Shown here piece by piece: positions 44,291-53,820 of a stretch of 64,000 bases of DNA (within the stretch, counting starts at the first letter, position 1; every line of letters begins with the position of its first letter). The DNA lies in the IMG/VR virus record IMGVR_UViG_3300025012_000027, positions 124,001-188,000 of that record; one strand, 5' to 3'. The notes beneath the pieces are model-generated. The model had not been told where the DNA came from, ran no database searches, and saw nothing but the letters and a program-made list of their open reading frames with translations. The position numbers and the translations under genes were made by a program.

Positions 44291-46159
44291 CTATGCGAAT
44301 TTACCCATAGTGCTTGTAATGTATCGATTGAATGAATCATCGGTGTTTTTAACAATCGCACGGGTAGGTAAGATGTTAGTCGTTGTAGAATTGTTATTCG
44401 AAATGATGTTGGTTGTGGGAGGAGCAGTCCGCGCACCGTCTGGTTTTGATAGAGTCTTTTGATTCTGTTCAATGATGTTTAGATTGTGCTCGGCCTCTTT
44501 ACCTACGTTCAAATACTCGGTTTCTTTCTTGATACGTTCTAGTTGAGCTTGTTTTGCAACATTGTCGAGGAACGTGAAACTACCCAGCTTCTCGATAGCC
44601 CTAGCAGGTCCAGACTCGAACTTCTGCATAGCACTCATCTTCGCCCAATTAGCATCGTCTTGTGATTCGTTTACTGTACCTTCACCCACGCCCATAGAAC
44701 CTAGAGCGGTATCTATCCCCGCCAGAGTCAGGCCAGCCGCTGCTGCTGGGATGGCCAACGACCTTGCTACAGCCAATCTTTTGCCGCCAACTTTTGCCAC
44801 GGTCGACATAGCAGTCTTTCCACCAGACTTCAATGCTCCCCAGCCTTTCTTGAGTGCGTCACCGGCTTTTGCTAAACCATATCCGGCCGCTGCTCCCGTA
44901 GCTGCATCTGGAACAATAGACTCTGTAGGTTCGGGCGGAATCTGCTCTTTAGCGCGTCCATCATCGCCCATCCCAAACAACGGAGATTTTGAAAATATCG
45001 TCTTGAGTAAATCTGTCGCCCCAGTAAGGACTCCTTTACGCATGGCCAGAGGTTGCATCGGCTGCGCCTCTGTACGCTTGGCTCGGCGCGATTCTACAGC
45101 TTCGCGAGAACGACGTTGCGGATCGCGCGATTCTGCTCGTTCATCTTCGATGTCGTTGGCGGCAGTTATCGCAGATATTTTTAGCAGGTGCGTTGATGCC
45201 TGTCGCTGAATGACCAGCATTTCATCCAAAACGGCTCGACTACTAGTAACTTCCCTGCGAATGCCTTCGAACACGTCCATGGCGCGCTTGCCAAACTCGC
45301 CAGTCGTTCTACTCGTTTTTTGCTTAGGTGCTTCTTTCGGCTGTTCCGTCTCAGATTTGTCGTCAAACATCTCGCCGACTGCAACTGACGGTATGTGTCT
45401 AGTAAACGATACGGGTTTTACATCATCAATGTCATCTGCCTGCAACTTCTTCGGACGACCACCTTTTCTTAAAGGACGAGCCGATACTGTGGGGTCGGCA
45501 GATGCACCACCAGTAAACGCCCGCAGTATTGATTTTAACGTTGTGCTAAGTTCGTTTAACTTAGTGTGCTGCGTTGCATTATCGTCATGCAGCAATTCCA
45601 AGGCCTTCGGATGCTGGGCATTTGATACTAACAAGTTAGTCCCGGCTACCTGAGTCACTAACAACGCATGCGATTTCTTTGAGTACTCAAGAATATTTGA
45701 ACTAGCAATCGACTGATCTTCTAAAATATGCCATTTTGATTCTGCTTGGTCATATTGCAACGAAACAGTTTCATCGATATTAGTAAGTAACGCAGTCTGT
45801 TTCTTTATAGCAGCGGTAGTTGGATCTTCATCACCTTCTTCTTCAGCAGGTGATAGAACATCTGCTAGAGAGTCTGTGATGATGCTAGTCATTTGACTAA
45901 TACCGCGACTGATAAAGTTATTACCCAATGCTTCAAATGTCGCGCTCTGAATGTTGGTTCTAACGTTAGTGATGTTGCCCAGACGTGAAGCAACATTATC
46001 AAGCAGCTTTGCAATTGCTTGATTCTGATCCTGCAACTTTCGAAGATCGTTTACTGATGCCCCCATCCGGGTTATGGCAGACGTATCAGGAGAATATCCC
46101 TCCTGAGCAGTCATTCTCGGTGAACCTGTATTCGTAGGTCCTATATTAGGAAGCGGCAT
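44291..46159 (-). CDS. Putative baseplate hub / tape-measure (gp29-like position)
   Basis: 622 aa, Ala/Gly-rich helical, directly after gp26-gp51; C-terminal NNNSTTTN stretch; called by synteny. Confidence 0.45.
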   Translation of the reverse strand: MPLPNIGPTNTGSPRMTAQEGYSPDTSAITRMGASVNDLRKLQDQNQAIAKLLDNVASRLGNITNVRTNIQSATFEALGNNFISRGISQMTSIITDSLADVLSPAEEEGDEDPTTAAIKKQTALLTNIDETVSLQYDQAESKWHILEDQSIASSNILEYSKKSHALLVTQVAGTNLLVSNAQHPKALELLHDDNATQHTKLNELSTTLKSILRAFTGGASADPTVSARPLRKGGRPKKLQADDIDDVKPVSFTRHIPSVAVGEMFDDKSETEQPKEAPKQKTSRTTGEFGKRAMDVFEGIRREVTSSRAVLDEMLVIQRQASTHLLKISAITAANDIEDERAESRDPQRRSREAVESRRAKRTEAQPMQPLAMRKGVLTGATDLLKTIFSKSPLFGMGDDGRAKEQIPPEPTESIVPDAATGAAAGYGLAKAGDALKKGWGALKSGGKTAMSTVAKVGGKRLAVARSLAIPAAAAGLTLAGIDTALGSMGVGEGTVNESQDDANWAKMSAMQKFESGPARAIEKLGSFTFLDNVAKQAQLERIKKETEYLNVGKEAEHNLNIIEQNQKTLSKPDGARTAPPTTNIISNNNSTTTNILPTRAIVKNTDDSFNRYITSTMGKFA

Positions 46160-46385
46160 GTTGTTTCTTCTTCTCTTGGTCGTCTTTTAACAAGGCAATG
46201 TAAATTTCTCTTTCAAAGGGTAACATCGATTCCAAAATATCTAGTGACATATTGTAATCTATCATCAATCTAAAATTTGTTCTGTAGTAGGTTTCTAAGT
46301 TTTCATGAAGCAGAACTAAACCGAAAAAAGCTCTGCAGGCCCACCAAGCGCCTGCTATGTTTTGTTCCGCACTTAGTGCATTCAA
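46146..46385 (-). CDS. gp51: Baseplate hub assembly catalyst gp51-like (no clear own start)
   Basis: HENLETYYRTNF.LM..YNMSL..LESMLPFEREIYI.LL; track start is a TTG without RBS. Confidence 0.8.
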   Translation of the reverse strand: MNALSAEQNIAGAWWACRAFFGLVLLHENLETYYRTNFRLMIDYNMSLDILESMLPFEREIYIALLKDDQEKKKQHAAS

Positions 46386-47019
46386 ATTCTAGGTTGTGGA
46401 CCAGTTCCGGGATGCCCGATATAAATTTGTCTATACCTGCTACTTGAGAGTCGTTTAGATTCAACAACCATTCTTTCAACTCTTCTCCAGTGTAATCTGA
46501 TTTCAAATATACTTGCTTGGCATCATATAAGCAGTCAATAAGACCGTAGATCATGTTGATGCTAGTATCGTCGTCATCAACAGTCTTAAACGAGTCGTCG
46601 AATGTAGGTAGTCTGAATCGAATACCCACAGTATCGGTGATCTTCACGTCCTTTACGATTGCCGAAGTGTCAATAGTGATATCATCTAACATCAAGCGAC
46701 TATTGATAACTTCATCGCAGTTATCACACTTCAATGCGAAGTCTACTTCGGGACCAACAGACGCGATTCTAAGTTGGAGGAAGAAGTACGACACATCTGC
46801 GGTAGATAGTTTATCAAACTCAACTGATCCGTTGCTACATGTATTGATAACCGATTTGATCGTGTCATATACAATATCCAAGTCATCGCTCTGTTGAGCT
46901 AGCAGCAATGCCTTTTGCTCTTTGACCACGAATGGTCTATACTTTATTTTCGTTCCGCTAACGGGTAGCGTGCATGACAGCGTAGGGCCGGTCACATTAG
47001 GAAGAGGTGGTTTACTCAC
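46303..47019 (-). CDS. gp26: Baseplate hub assembly protein gp26
   Basis: LPVSG.KIKYRPFVVKEQK.LL, YFFLQLR..SVG, C..C...C.KCG...GLQSFF. Confidence 0.85.
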   Translation of the reverse strand: MSKPPLPNVTGPTLSCTLPVSGTKIKYRPFVVKEQKALLLAQQSDDLDIVYDTIKSVINTCSNGSVEFDKLSTADVSYFFLQLRIASVGPEVDFALKCDNCDEVINSRLMLDDITIDTSAIVKDVKITDTVGIRFRLPTFDDSFKTVDDDDTSINMIYGLIDCLYDAKQVYLKSDYTGEELKEWLLNLNDSQVAGIDKFISGIPELVHNLEFECTKCGTKHSRRLVGLQSFFRFSSAS

Positions 47020-47476
47020 GATCAGACTCCATGTTCAATTGTCTCATAGCATCCTGCAATTCAGCAGTAGTACCCACAAATACGGTGTTATTCGTAACTG
47101 TGCCATTATTTACGGCAGCTGATTTGCTTGGAGCTGCTGCATCGGCTCGTTTAATCTTGTTCACCTTGTCCTGGATGTCGATGAGCTTTACAGCAATATC
47201 AGACAAGTTACCCAACATGCTATTCAGCACCTCAAACGATCTAGGTGATTCCTCAGCGACTGCAATGCGCTTGAGATCATCAAATGCCTCAGTACCAACC
47301 TTCAATAAATTGTACAGTGTAGACCGTACGGATTCCGCATCAGACTCTAACGAACTATTGTTCGGCACATTGGTAATTGTCGCTAAAGATGTCCCGGTTT
47401 TGTCTATAACATCGACGACATCGGGCGCATTAAACGTATCGCTCAACGAATCAAACACTTTGGAAGTTCTGCTCAT
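47012..47476 (-). CDS. gp16: Terminase small subunit gp16-like
   Basis: ESPRSFEVL...KLIDIQ.K...TNNTVFVGTTAELQ. Confidence 0.7.
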   Translation of the reverse strand: MSRTSKVFDSLSDTFNAPDVVDVIDKTGTSLATITNVPNNSSLESDAESVRSTLYNLLKVGTEAFDDLKRIAVAEESPRSFEVLNSMLGNLSDIAVKLIDIQDKVNKIKRADAAAPSKSAAVNNGTVTNNTVFVGTTAELQDAMRQLNMESDRE

Positions 47477-47480
47477 AATG

Positions 47481-48140
47481 TCATCCTCTTAGTATAGATT
47501 GGGCCAAAGACGTATAGTTGTCAGCTAACGTTTTAGATCGTTGCATTGTTGAGTCTATATATGCTAACGATCGGTTGATGGTGTCGTCATACGACAATGG
47601 TTCCATTGGCGATTCTAGCTTCATGGTTTCCCATGACTCATATGCCCAGCTAACCGAGAAAGCTAGGGGGCCTGCTGCATCCGAAGACATAGACACTTCG
47701 GATACTGCCTTGGGATATACGTTGGATAGAGAAACTATGTAACTGTCATTCTTCTGAGTATCTAACTGCATCAGTTGCATCATTGGCGCGGTATAGTCTG
47801 CTGGATATTTGAACAGACCACCTTTGTTTGATACAATAGAGTGTGACCAGTTATCGAAAAAATGCTTGATAGTCATTGCCTGATCGCTGAACATAGTCAT
47901 AGACACTGTACCATATGTTTTATCAACAACCACTTCTCTAGTTAGCCCGTTATCTTTGACAGGCACTGTTAGTAATGCAAACTCGGGTAGGTTGACCCCG
48001 ACCATATAGAATGGGATTGAGGCCATAACTTCCATGTCAACATCGAATGCCGGTGGTGGGTAAACGTGACAATAGTAGTATTGTTTTGCAATACCTTTGT
48101 CTTTTATCGCCGAAACGAATGATGCAAACTTAGCCGACAT
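47481..48140 (-). CDS. Baseplate tail-tube initiator (gp54/gp48-like)
   Basis: VNLPE.., Y..VSMT.F.D....IKHFFDNW, L.NVYPK.V..V; tube-protein-like fold. Confidence 0.65.
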   Translation of the reverse strand: MSAKFASFVSAIKDKGIAKQYYYCHVYPPPAFDVDMEVMASIPFYMVGVNLPEFALLTVPVKDNGLTREVVVDKTYGTVSMTMFSDQAMTIKHFFDNWSHSIVSNKGGLFKYPADYTAPMMQLMQLDTQKNDSYIVSLSNVYPKAVSEVSMSSDAAGPLAFSVSWAYESWETMKLESPMEPLSYDDTINRSLAYIDSTMQRSKTLADNYTSLAQSILRG

Positions 48141-48739
48141 TATAAGTACCTCAACGAATCTCTCCAGACCAAATTCTTGTCTATGTAGATCATAGAAGGT
48201 CCTGTGTTAAACTTCTCTACCGGTAGCATGACAGCATTGAACCATTGGTCTGCCGGGACTTGTAAGAATTGTGATTGGACATGATCCTTCCGATACTTCT
48301 TGACTGCTGAGCTGACCCCAGCAAATCTACTGACCCCTCGAATATAGTTCCACTGAACCCTAATGCGAGTGGCTTCGTCCAACTTAGAACTGGTGGAAAA
48401 GTCTAATAAATTTTTCAGCAACACATATCTAACCTTCACTGGTAGGTAATGAAAGTTTATGCCAGTGAAGGTAGTAGCATCTTCTGAAAATGGTAGAATA
48501 AGCGGGAAAATGTCGTAGTATGGTAGCGTATCTACCCCGATAGGCTGATAGAAGAACATATACATATATCCGGGGATAATGTAGTCTTTCCGTCTCTGAG
48601 TATTCGACATCAACGATGTCGTCGATACCTGATTCTGCAGATACTTGAGCTGGTCGGCAAACCAAGTCTGACTCCGTCGAGCATCTTGCTTGGTGTATTG
48701 CCGCTTCTTCGATAACTGATCTAGATTTATTCTTCCCAT
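48140..48739 (-). CDS. gp2: DNA end protector gp2
   Basis: GYMYMFFY.P....LPYYD.FPL, GINFHYLP..R..LL, VKKY. Confidence 0.85.
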   Translation of the reverse strand: MGRINLDQLSKKRQYTKQDARRSQTWFADQLKYLQNQVSTTSLMSNTQRRKDYIIPGYMYMFFYQPIGVDTLPYYDIFPLILPFSEDATTFTGINFHYLPVKVRYVLLKNLLDFSTSSKLDEATRIRVQWNYIRGVSRFAGVSSAVKKYRKDHVQSQFLQVPADQWFNAVMLPVEKFNTGPSMIYIDKNLVWRDSLRYL

Positions 48740-48758
48740 CTAGTATTTAAGGAAGAGT

Positions 48759-51230
48759 TTAACCGAAGTCTAACAAAACCTTTTCTTCAGATTCCCATCC
48801 AACCGCATCGAGAATCGTTTGAAGGGGATTTAAAAATGCTTTATCAAACTGAGTATTGTAATCAATATATTGTTCGAGTCCGAATTCCTGTGGGAGTTTT
48901 GTCGTGTATCCAATGACATTCTCGTATATTGGGTTTGGAACTTTCAATGCAACAAACTTGATCTTCTCACCTTCGCCGATGGGTTGATACTTATCGGTTA
49001 GGTTTAGTTTTGACAGTTGATAATTGTGCAACAGCGCAGCCCTTACGTGAATTGGACACCCCTTCTTATAGATGCTTGCTGGGTCTGAGTAAGTTGCCAG
49101 TCCATTACATCCTCGAGGGAATGAAATTGCAGTATACGGTTGTTTCATAAACTCCGTCTTAACGTTTGAAACAAATTTTTGCAACTCACTTTCGGTCGAC
49201 GTAAGACACAGCTTAACAGATCCCTTCAAGTAATCTTTCACAACTGACGGGGTCGACGATCTAACAATCTCAATACCCATAACTTTCATCTTCGGAGTAT
49301 CATAATGAACCCCTTCGGAATACAGAATGTTGAATGCGTATCGTTTCTTGGCTACTTGAATGTACCCGTTACCAATACACTCCAACTTAAAGTAGATTCG
49401 ACATTCATCAACGCCCATCGTTTTCGCCAGTGCTGAAAGTTTTTTGTTCAAGGTGGGTTGAACAACGTCGAAGATAATCTTTTCAATGAAGTCTACAATC
49501 TCTCGATCAGTCTTACCTTTACAGTGTTTTTTAACAAATAAGTCAACGCTTATATAGCACGAATCGGTGTCTAAATAAAAGGCATAGTCATCTTCTTTGC
49601 CGATCAGCTTGCTAAAAATCTCGTTCACATACTCGCGAGTTTTGCGAATAAAAACTTGTCCGTTGCTCGTAATGGCTTCGGCCATTCTATAGTCATAGTA
49701 TTTGAAATGGGGTAAAGCAAGGATACCATAAAATGAGTTGGCGGCGATTTTGAATGCGTTCTGTGATACATCCAATGCTCTATATTCTTGCTCAGGAGCA
49801 TTTGCTATCTTCAACTCAAGCATTCGATCTTTAGTCTTCTTACGAAGATCGAACATTCGTTTAACCAACGTTGGAATGAATCCCCATGTTTCTTTACTAG
49901 TGATCAACCCATTTGCCGATAAAATAGTCCCCTCTGAGACATTACCTATATGCTTGCCCGCCAGCATGCTGTCGATGGACATCATCTCATCCATACCCAA
50001 AATACATTCAGGCGACGTATTAGTCTGCATCATAATACTCGGATACAAGCTCGTAGCATCGATACTGACTACCCAGCCACGTTTCCCAGGGGTTGGTGTA
50101 TGTACATATGCTCCAATGATTTTCGTACGCTCATTGGAATGTTTCTTCAAGTCTTCAACTAGGCTTTCATCTAAGAAATATGAGTAGATAATGCTTTCCC
50201 ATATCCTCATGGAAGACAGAACATCACCGTAATTCACTTTTGCGATGTATGCTATTTGCATAGCCAATCTAACCTGCAACATTTTTGTTTCTAGTTTATG
50301 CAACAACTCAACGTCAACAATGTTATATCGCACGAACATAGACCAATGCTGTTCATAGTTCTCTCTGAATGTTTCACCCGGCATTTCTAATTTGCGGTCA
50401 CCCAATTCATATTCCGCAATGAAGTCTAATTTGAACGATTCTTTCTGGCCAGGATTAAACTTCTTATACAAGTCTAGATAGTCTAGATGCGAGATCCCCA
50501 TGATATCATAGGTCGTATACGAATATTGCTCGGTAGTAACAGTTCTTGGCTTAACGATGCCCCATGGCGATAGCATATTAGTTAGTGCGGGCGACAACAC
50601 TTGTTTCATTCGATTGACCAGGTATGGAATGTCAAATACTTCAGAGTTCCATCCACTGATTACGTCAATGCGTTTACTTTTCCAAAACAACAAGAAATCT
50701 TTAAGCATAGATTTCTCATCAGAAAATACTCTGAGGTCTACATCATACCCATCCAATTCGCCAGCATCAACCCCTTTGGTCGCCCAAGTATAATATTTCC
50801 GTTCATGATGATTCATCATCGTAATAAGAAGGATATCTTGAAGAGCGGTTTCTGGTTTGGGGAACGCCCCATCCGTCTTCGTTTCAATATCGAAAAACCA
50901 GATTTGAGTCGTCAGATACTGCCAGTCGATATCACCTCGATATGAATTAGCAATGTATTGACGGACTACGTTTTCACACCCAAACAGATTGAAGTTGCCG
51001 ACGTCTTCATATTGACTAATGTACCCCTTAAACTCGTCAATTGAATCGAAGTCAACTTTTTTTACAAACTGTTTTGTTGAAAAACTCTTCCACTTCGTTT
51101 CTGTTTCACTAGGCACAAAAAGATGGGGTCTATATGGAATCTTCTTTGAAACTGCAATGCCATTTTCGTATCCTCGATACAGGATATTGTTACCACGAAC
51201 TTCGACATTAGTATAGAATTTGTTGCTCAT
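48759..51230 (-). CDS. gp43: Family B DNA polymerase gp43
   Basis: FDIET, SGWNSE.FDIPY, DATSLYPS, KIAANSFYG, YLDTDS, KKRYA. Confidence 0.95.
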   Translation of the reverse strand: MSNKFYTNVEVRGNNILYRGYENGIAVSKKIPYRPHLFVPSETETKWKSFSTKQFVKKVDFDSIDEFKGYISQYEDVGNFNLFGCENVVRQYIANSYRGDIDWQYLTTQIWFFDIETKTDGAFPKPETALQDILLITMMNHHERKYYTWATKGVDAGELDGYDVDLRVFSDEKSMLKDFLLFWKSKRIDVISGWNSEVFDIPYLVNRMKQVLSPALTNMLSPWGIVKPRTVTTEQYSYTTYDIMGISHLDYLDLYKKFNPGQKESFKLDFIAEYELGDRKLEMPGETFRENYEQHWSMFVRYNIVDVELLHKLETKMLQVRLAMQIAYIAKVNYGDVLSSMRIWESIIYSYFLDESLVEDLKKHSNERTKIIGAYVHTPTPGKRGWVVSIDATSLYPSIMMQTNTSPECILGMDEMMSIDSMLAGKHIGNVSEGTILSANGLITSKETWGFIPTLVKRMFDLRKKTKDRMLELKIANAPEQEYRALDVSQNAFKIAANSFYGILALPHFKYYDYRMAEAITSNGQVFIRKTREYVNEIFSKLIGKEDDYAFYLDTDSCYISVDLFVKKHCKGKTDREIVDFIEKIIFDVVQPTLNKKLSALAKTMGVDECRIYFKLECIGNGYIQVAKKRYAFNILYSEGVHYDTPKMKVMGIEIVRSSTPSVVKDYLKGSVKLCLTSTESELQKFVSNVKTEFMKQPYTAISFPRGCNGLATYSDPASIYKKGCPIHVRAALLHNYQLSKLNLTDKYQPIGEGEKIKFVALKVPNPIYENVIGYTTKLPQEFGLEQYIDYNTQFDKAFLNPLQTILDAVGWESEEKVLLDFG

Positions 51231-51637
51231 TTATAGAAATAGTGATTTTGTATCCGTAATGTCAAGATACTTTTTGGTGTAGGTCGGAGACCAAGACTGT
51301 TGAAGTAGATAGCCCCGTTCGTAGGGTCTGTGTGTGCCCCTTGTATTATAGCACGAGCCAGTTGCTTTGTCAATGCATATGTGGTTGCATTGTTGACTGA
51401 TGGCATCCAGTCTGTCCACGAAAACTGCTTCGCTTGATATACCACTTCACATATTGAGGATGGATACCTACCAGATGTTACTCGGTTTAAAACAACCCAA
51501 CCAACCGCGATACGGCCGGCTAATGGTTCACCTCTTGCTTCATGATAGATTGCCTGTGACAAACATTCGAGTTCTTCATTCGCCGAAGCATTGAAAGATA
51601 GAATCCCAGCAAGAAGTATGGTAATGAATTTCTTCAT
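51227..51637 (-). CDS. SleB-like cell-wall hydrolase
   Basis: CLSQAIYHEARGE...VLNRV...YP.SIC.VVYQ..QFSW. Confidence 0.85.
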   Translation of the reverse strand: MKKFITILLAGILSFNASANEELECLSQAIYHEARGEPLAGRIAVGWVVLNRVTSGRYPSSICEVVYQAKQFSWTDWMPSVNNATTYALTKQLARAIIQGAHTDPTNGAIYFNSLGLRPTPKSILTLRIQNHYFYK

Positions 51638-51685
51638 ATGATACTCCTATATCGGGGGAGTGATCCCCCGGTTGAAACTAACGGA

Positions 51686-52102
51686 TTAGTTTAGCGCAAT
51701 AAGACGAGGCTTATTTTCTTCAGGAACGATGCGTTCCAGTTCGATGGTTAGCATACCATCTTCAAACTTAGCAGATCCAACTTCTACGTCATCTTGAAGG
51801 ATGAACTCTCGGTTGAATGCTCTGTTGCTAATCCCTTGGTATAGATATTGGACATCCGATACATACGCCTTGCCGCCTTTAATCACTAGTCGCTCTTGGT
51901 CAACCGTAATCTCAATATCAGATTTAGTGAAACCAGCAATGGCAAGCACAATTTGAAATCGTGTATCGGATAGCTTAATGATGTTATGCGGCGGAAACTT
52001 ATCTACGGGGGTAGACAGTCTCTTTGCAAACTGATCTAACAATGGATCAAACCCAACAAAAAATTGACGGGTCAACGATGGATCTAACAACAAGTTTTTC
52101 AT
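51686..52102 (-). CDS. hsp20: Small heat-shock protein Hsp20
   Basis: FPPHNIIK, LAIAGF...I.I, YLYQGISNRAF.R.F.L, DGML.I.LE. Confidence 0.9.
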   Translation of the reverse strand: MKNLLLDPSLTRQFFVGFDPLLDQFAKRLSTPVDKFPPHNIIKLSDTRFQIVLAIAGFTKSDIEITVDQERLVIKGGKAYVSDVQYLYQGISNRAFNREFILQDDVEVGSAKFEDGMLTIELERIVPEENKPRLIALN

Positions 52103-52184
52103 ATTACTCCTTAAAAGCAAGTATTGTCGATGATTGAGGCTATCGACTAACCATGCGCCCAAAAAGGCACGCATTCTGACGTAT

Positions 52185-53015
52185 TTATAATTTCTTAGGC
52201 CTAGGCAAATGCTGCGAGTGAAATGCCTTCCACACATATACTGGATTGGTTAAGTGATCTAACACTAATGTCGGTCTGGGATGCAATTCAAATTCGTGCC
52301 CCCGGCCCAACAAAACTTCACGTTCGTTACCGGCCCCTGTATGCCCCAACATAGAAGCGGCATTATATACATGCTCGTCAAAATTAAGTTCTATCACATG
52401 CCTAGCGTTAGGAAGGATTATGCCTTGATGATCGGATTCATAGTGTTTGGACGTGCTATCAACCGCCGTGAATAAAGACGCCGCATCAAAATTGGTTGAT
52501 GTAGATGTAAACGCCGGAAGTTGTAGTAGTTTCTTAGCCCGCGTTGAATTCCATTCCATCCCAGCAGTTGTAGCAGGCGAAACTTGGACCCCTGTATACA
52601 ATTTTGTAGCCCCCACATATGTCTTTGGTAATAGTATACTGTCTAAATGATCTACATGACTTTTAATATGAGCCGGGACAGGGGATTCGTGCAAATGATG
52701 ATGCCATAGAAAATGATTTATGTCTTGAGATCCAGACCCGCCATAGTGATCAATCGAATGTTTCACTCGAGATGATTGCGGTACTATTTTCAAAGCAGCA
52801 TGAATTCGCGCCTCTTCAGATTCGTCTTCCAGGAAATCGTTCGTTGACCCAGAATACACTTCTGTCATAAGAGATTTGTCGAGACCGCATAATAGATACA
52901 GCGGGCGGATGTCAAGATCTCGACGAAACCCTGCCAGCATGGGCATGGGTATATCAGGATTTGTTACGCTGTTTACGGCTTCGAGGAGCTTAGGATGAAT
53001 ATCAAACGCGTCCAT
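52185..53015 (-). CDS. ADP-ribosyltransferase (Alt/Mod-like catalytic domain)
   Basis: LYTG, AFTSTST, NEREVLL.RG (R-STS-ExE class, Arg replaced by Thr). Confidence 0.7.
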   Translation of the reverse strand: MDAFDIHPKLLEAVNSVTNPDIPMPMLAGFRRDLDIRPLYLLCGLDKSLMTEVYSGSTNDFLEDESEEARIHAALKIVPQSSRVKHSIDHYGGSGSQDINHFLWHHHLHESPVPAHIKSHVDHLDSILLPKTYVGATKLYTGVQVSPATTAGMEWNSTRAKKLLQLPAFTSTSTNFDAASLFTAVDSTSKHYESDHQGIILPNARHVIELNFDEHVYNAASMLGHTGAGNEREVLLGRGHEFELHPRPTLVLDHLTNPVYVWKAFHSQHLPRPKKL

Positions 53016-53431
53016 TAAAATTTTCGACCAACGTGATACTTCTCAACCAACGTCCAGTCTGGTTTCTCCTGATATGGAACTATCTTGATAGTGCTCATAC
53101 TGCTCTGGTTCGCAATCGTTTCAGGAACAACTACTGTACATAGTTTCCAGTCTGATAGAAGCGCAATGATGCGATTTCGTCTAGACACATCATCCAATGT
53201 AATATCTGATTGTTTCTGATCTAGTAAGAATAGCTCTTTAAAATGAACAATATAATATTTGTTCTTCTTATGTAGAATATGAGCCGTTTGATATAGCATC
53301 TTGGTCTTCTTACTAGCAATGCCAATACGAGTTAGAGTTTCCTTAATCTTCAAGAAGTCGTCGGGTGATCCCAACTGGATCTCGATCATCTTATCTTGAG
53401 ACCAATCATATAGGATATCATCGTTAATCAT
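53015..53431 (-). CDS. regA: Translational repressor RegA
   Basis: PDDFLKIKETLTRIGIAS, LYQTAHILHK..YYIVHFKELF.LD. Confidence 0.95.
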   Translation of the reverse strand: MINDDILYDWSQDKMIEIQLGSPDDFLKIKETLTRIGIASKKTKMLYQTAHILHKKNKYYIVHFKELFLLDQKQSDITLDDVSRRNRIIALLSDWKLCTVVVPETIANQSSMSTIKIVPYQEKPDWTLVEKYHVGRKF

Positions 53432-53820
53432 TGTTGTCCACCTTTATCAAGGATACGCCTTAGTTCTAATAGTTGCTTATCGGTGAAAAGAGGCAATACA
53501 GACATCGCTTTTGCGTCACTGTATCCATAGGCAGTTTTGATTAGTTCAATTTCGTCTGGTAACGAATCCTTCTTAACCCACTTACCGTATCTTTTCTTAC
53601 GATCAATACTATTTAGTAGGTATTTGTATTGGGCTTCCTTTGACAGTTCGGGATACTTTGAGAGTGCGTGAACAATGTAGACGCAATCTACATTGAATGA
53701 CAATGCCTTGTTTATCACAAAAGCATTATATTCTTTTTCATTACCCTCTAGGATATCTTCTTTTGTTTCGCTGATCGACCGAACAAAGTCAAACGGCGAT
53801 TTCTTCTTTACTGCTTCCAT
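53428..53820 (-). CDS. gp62: Clamp loader small subunit gp62
   Basis: Y..FVINKALS...D, QY.YLLNSI.RKKRY.KW.K, YGYS..KA. Confidence 0.85.
   Translation of the reverse strand: MEAVKKKSPFDFVRSISETKEDILEGNEKEYNAFVINKALSFNVDCVYIVHALSKYPELSKEAQYKYLLNSIDRKKRYGKWVKKDSLPDEIELIKTAYGYSDAKAMSVLPLFTDKQLLELRRILDKGGQQ

Noticed and set aside
48759-51230. Introns or inteins in gp43 or the RNR gene (30153-32696)
   Set aside because: Both ORFs are continuous, of expected length, with no splice motifs noticed.
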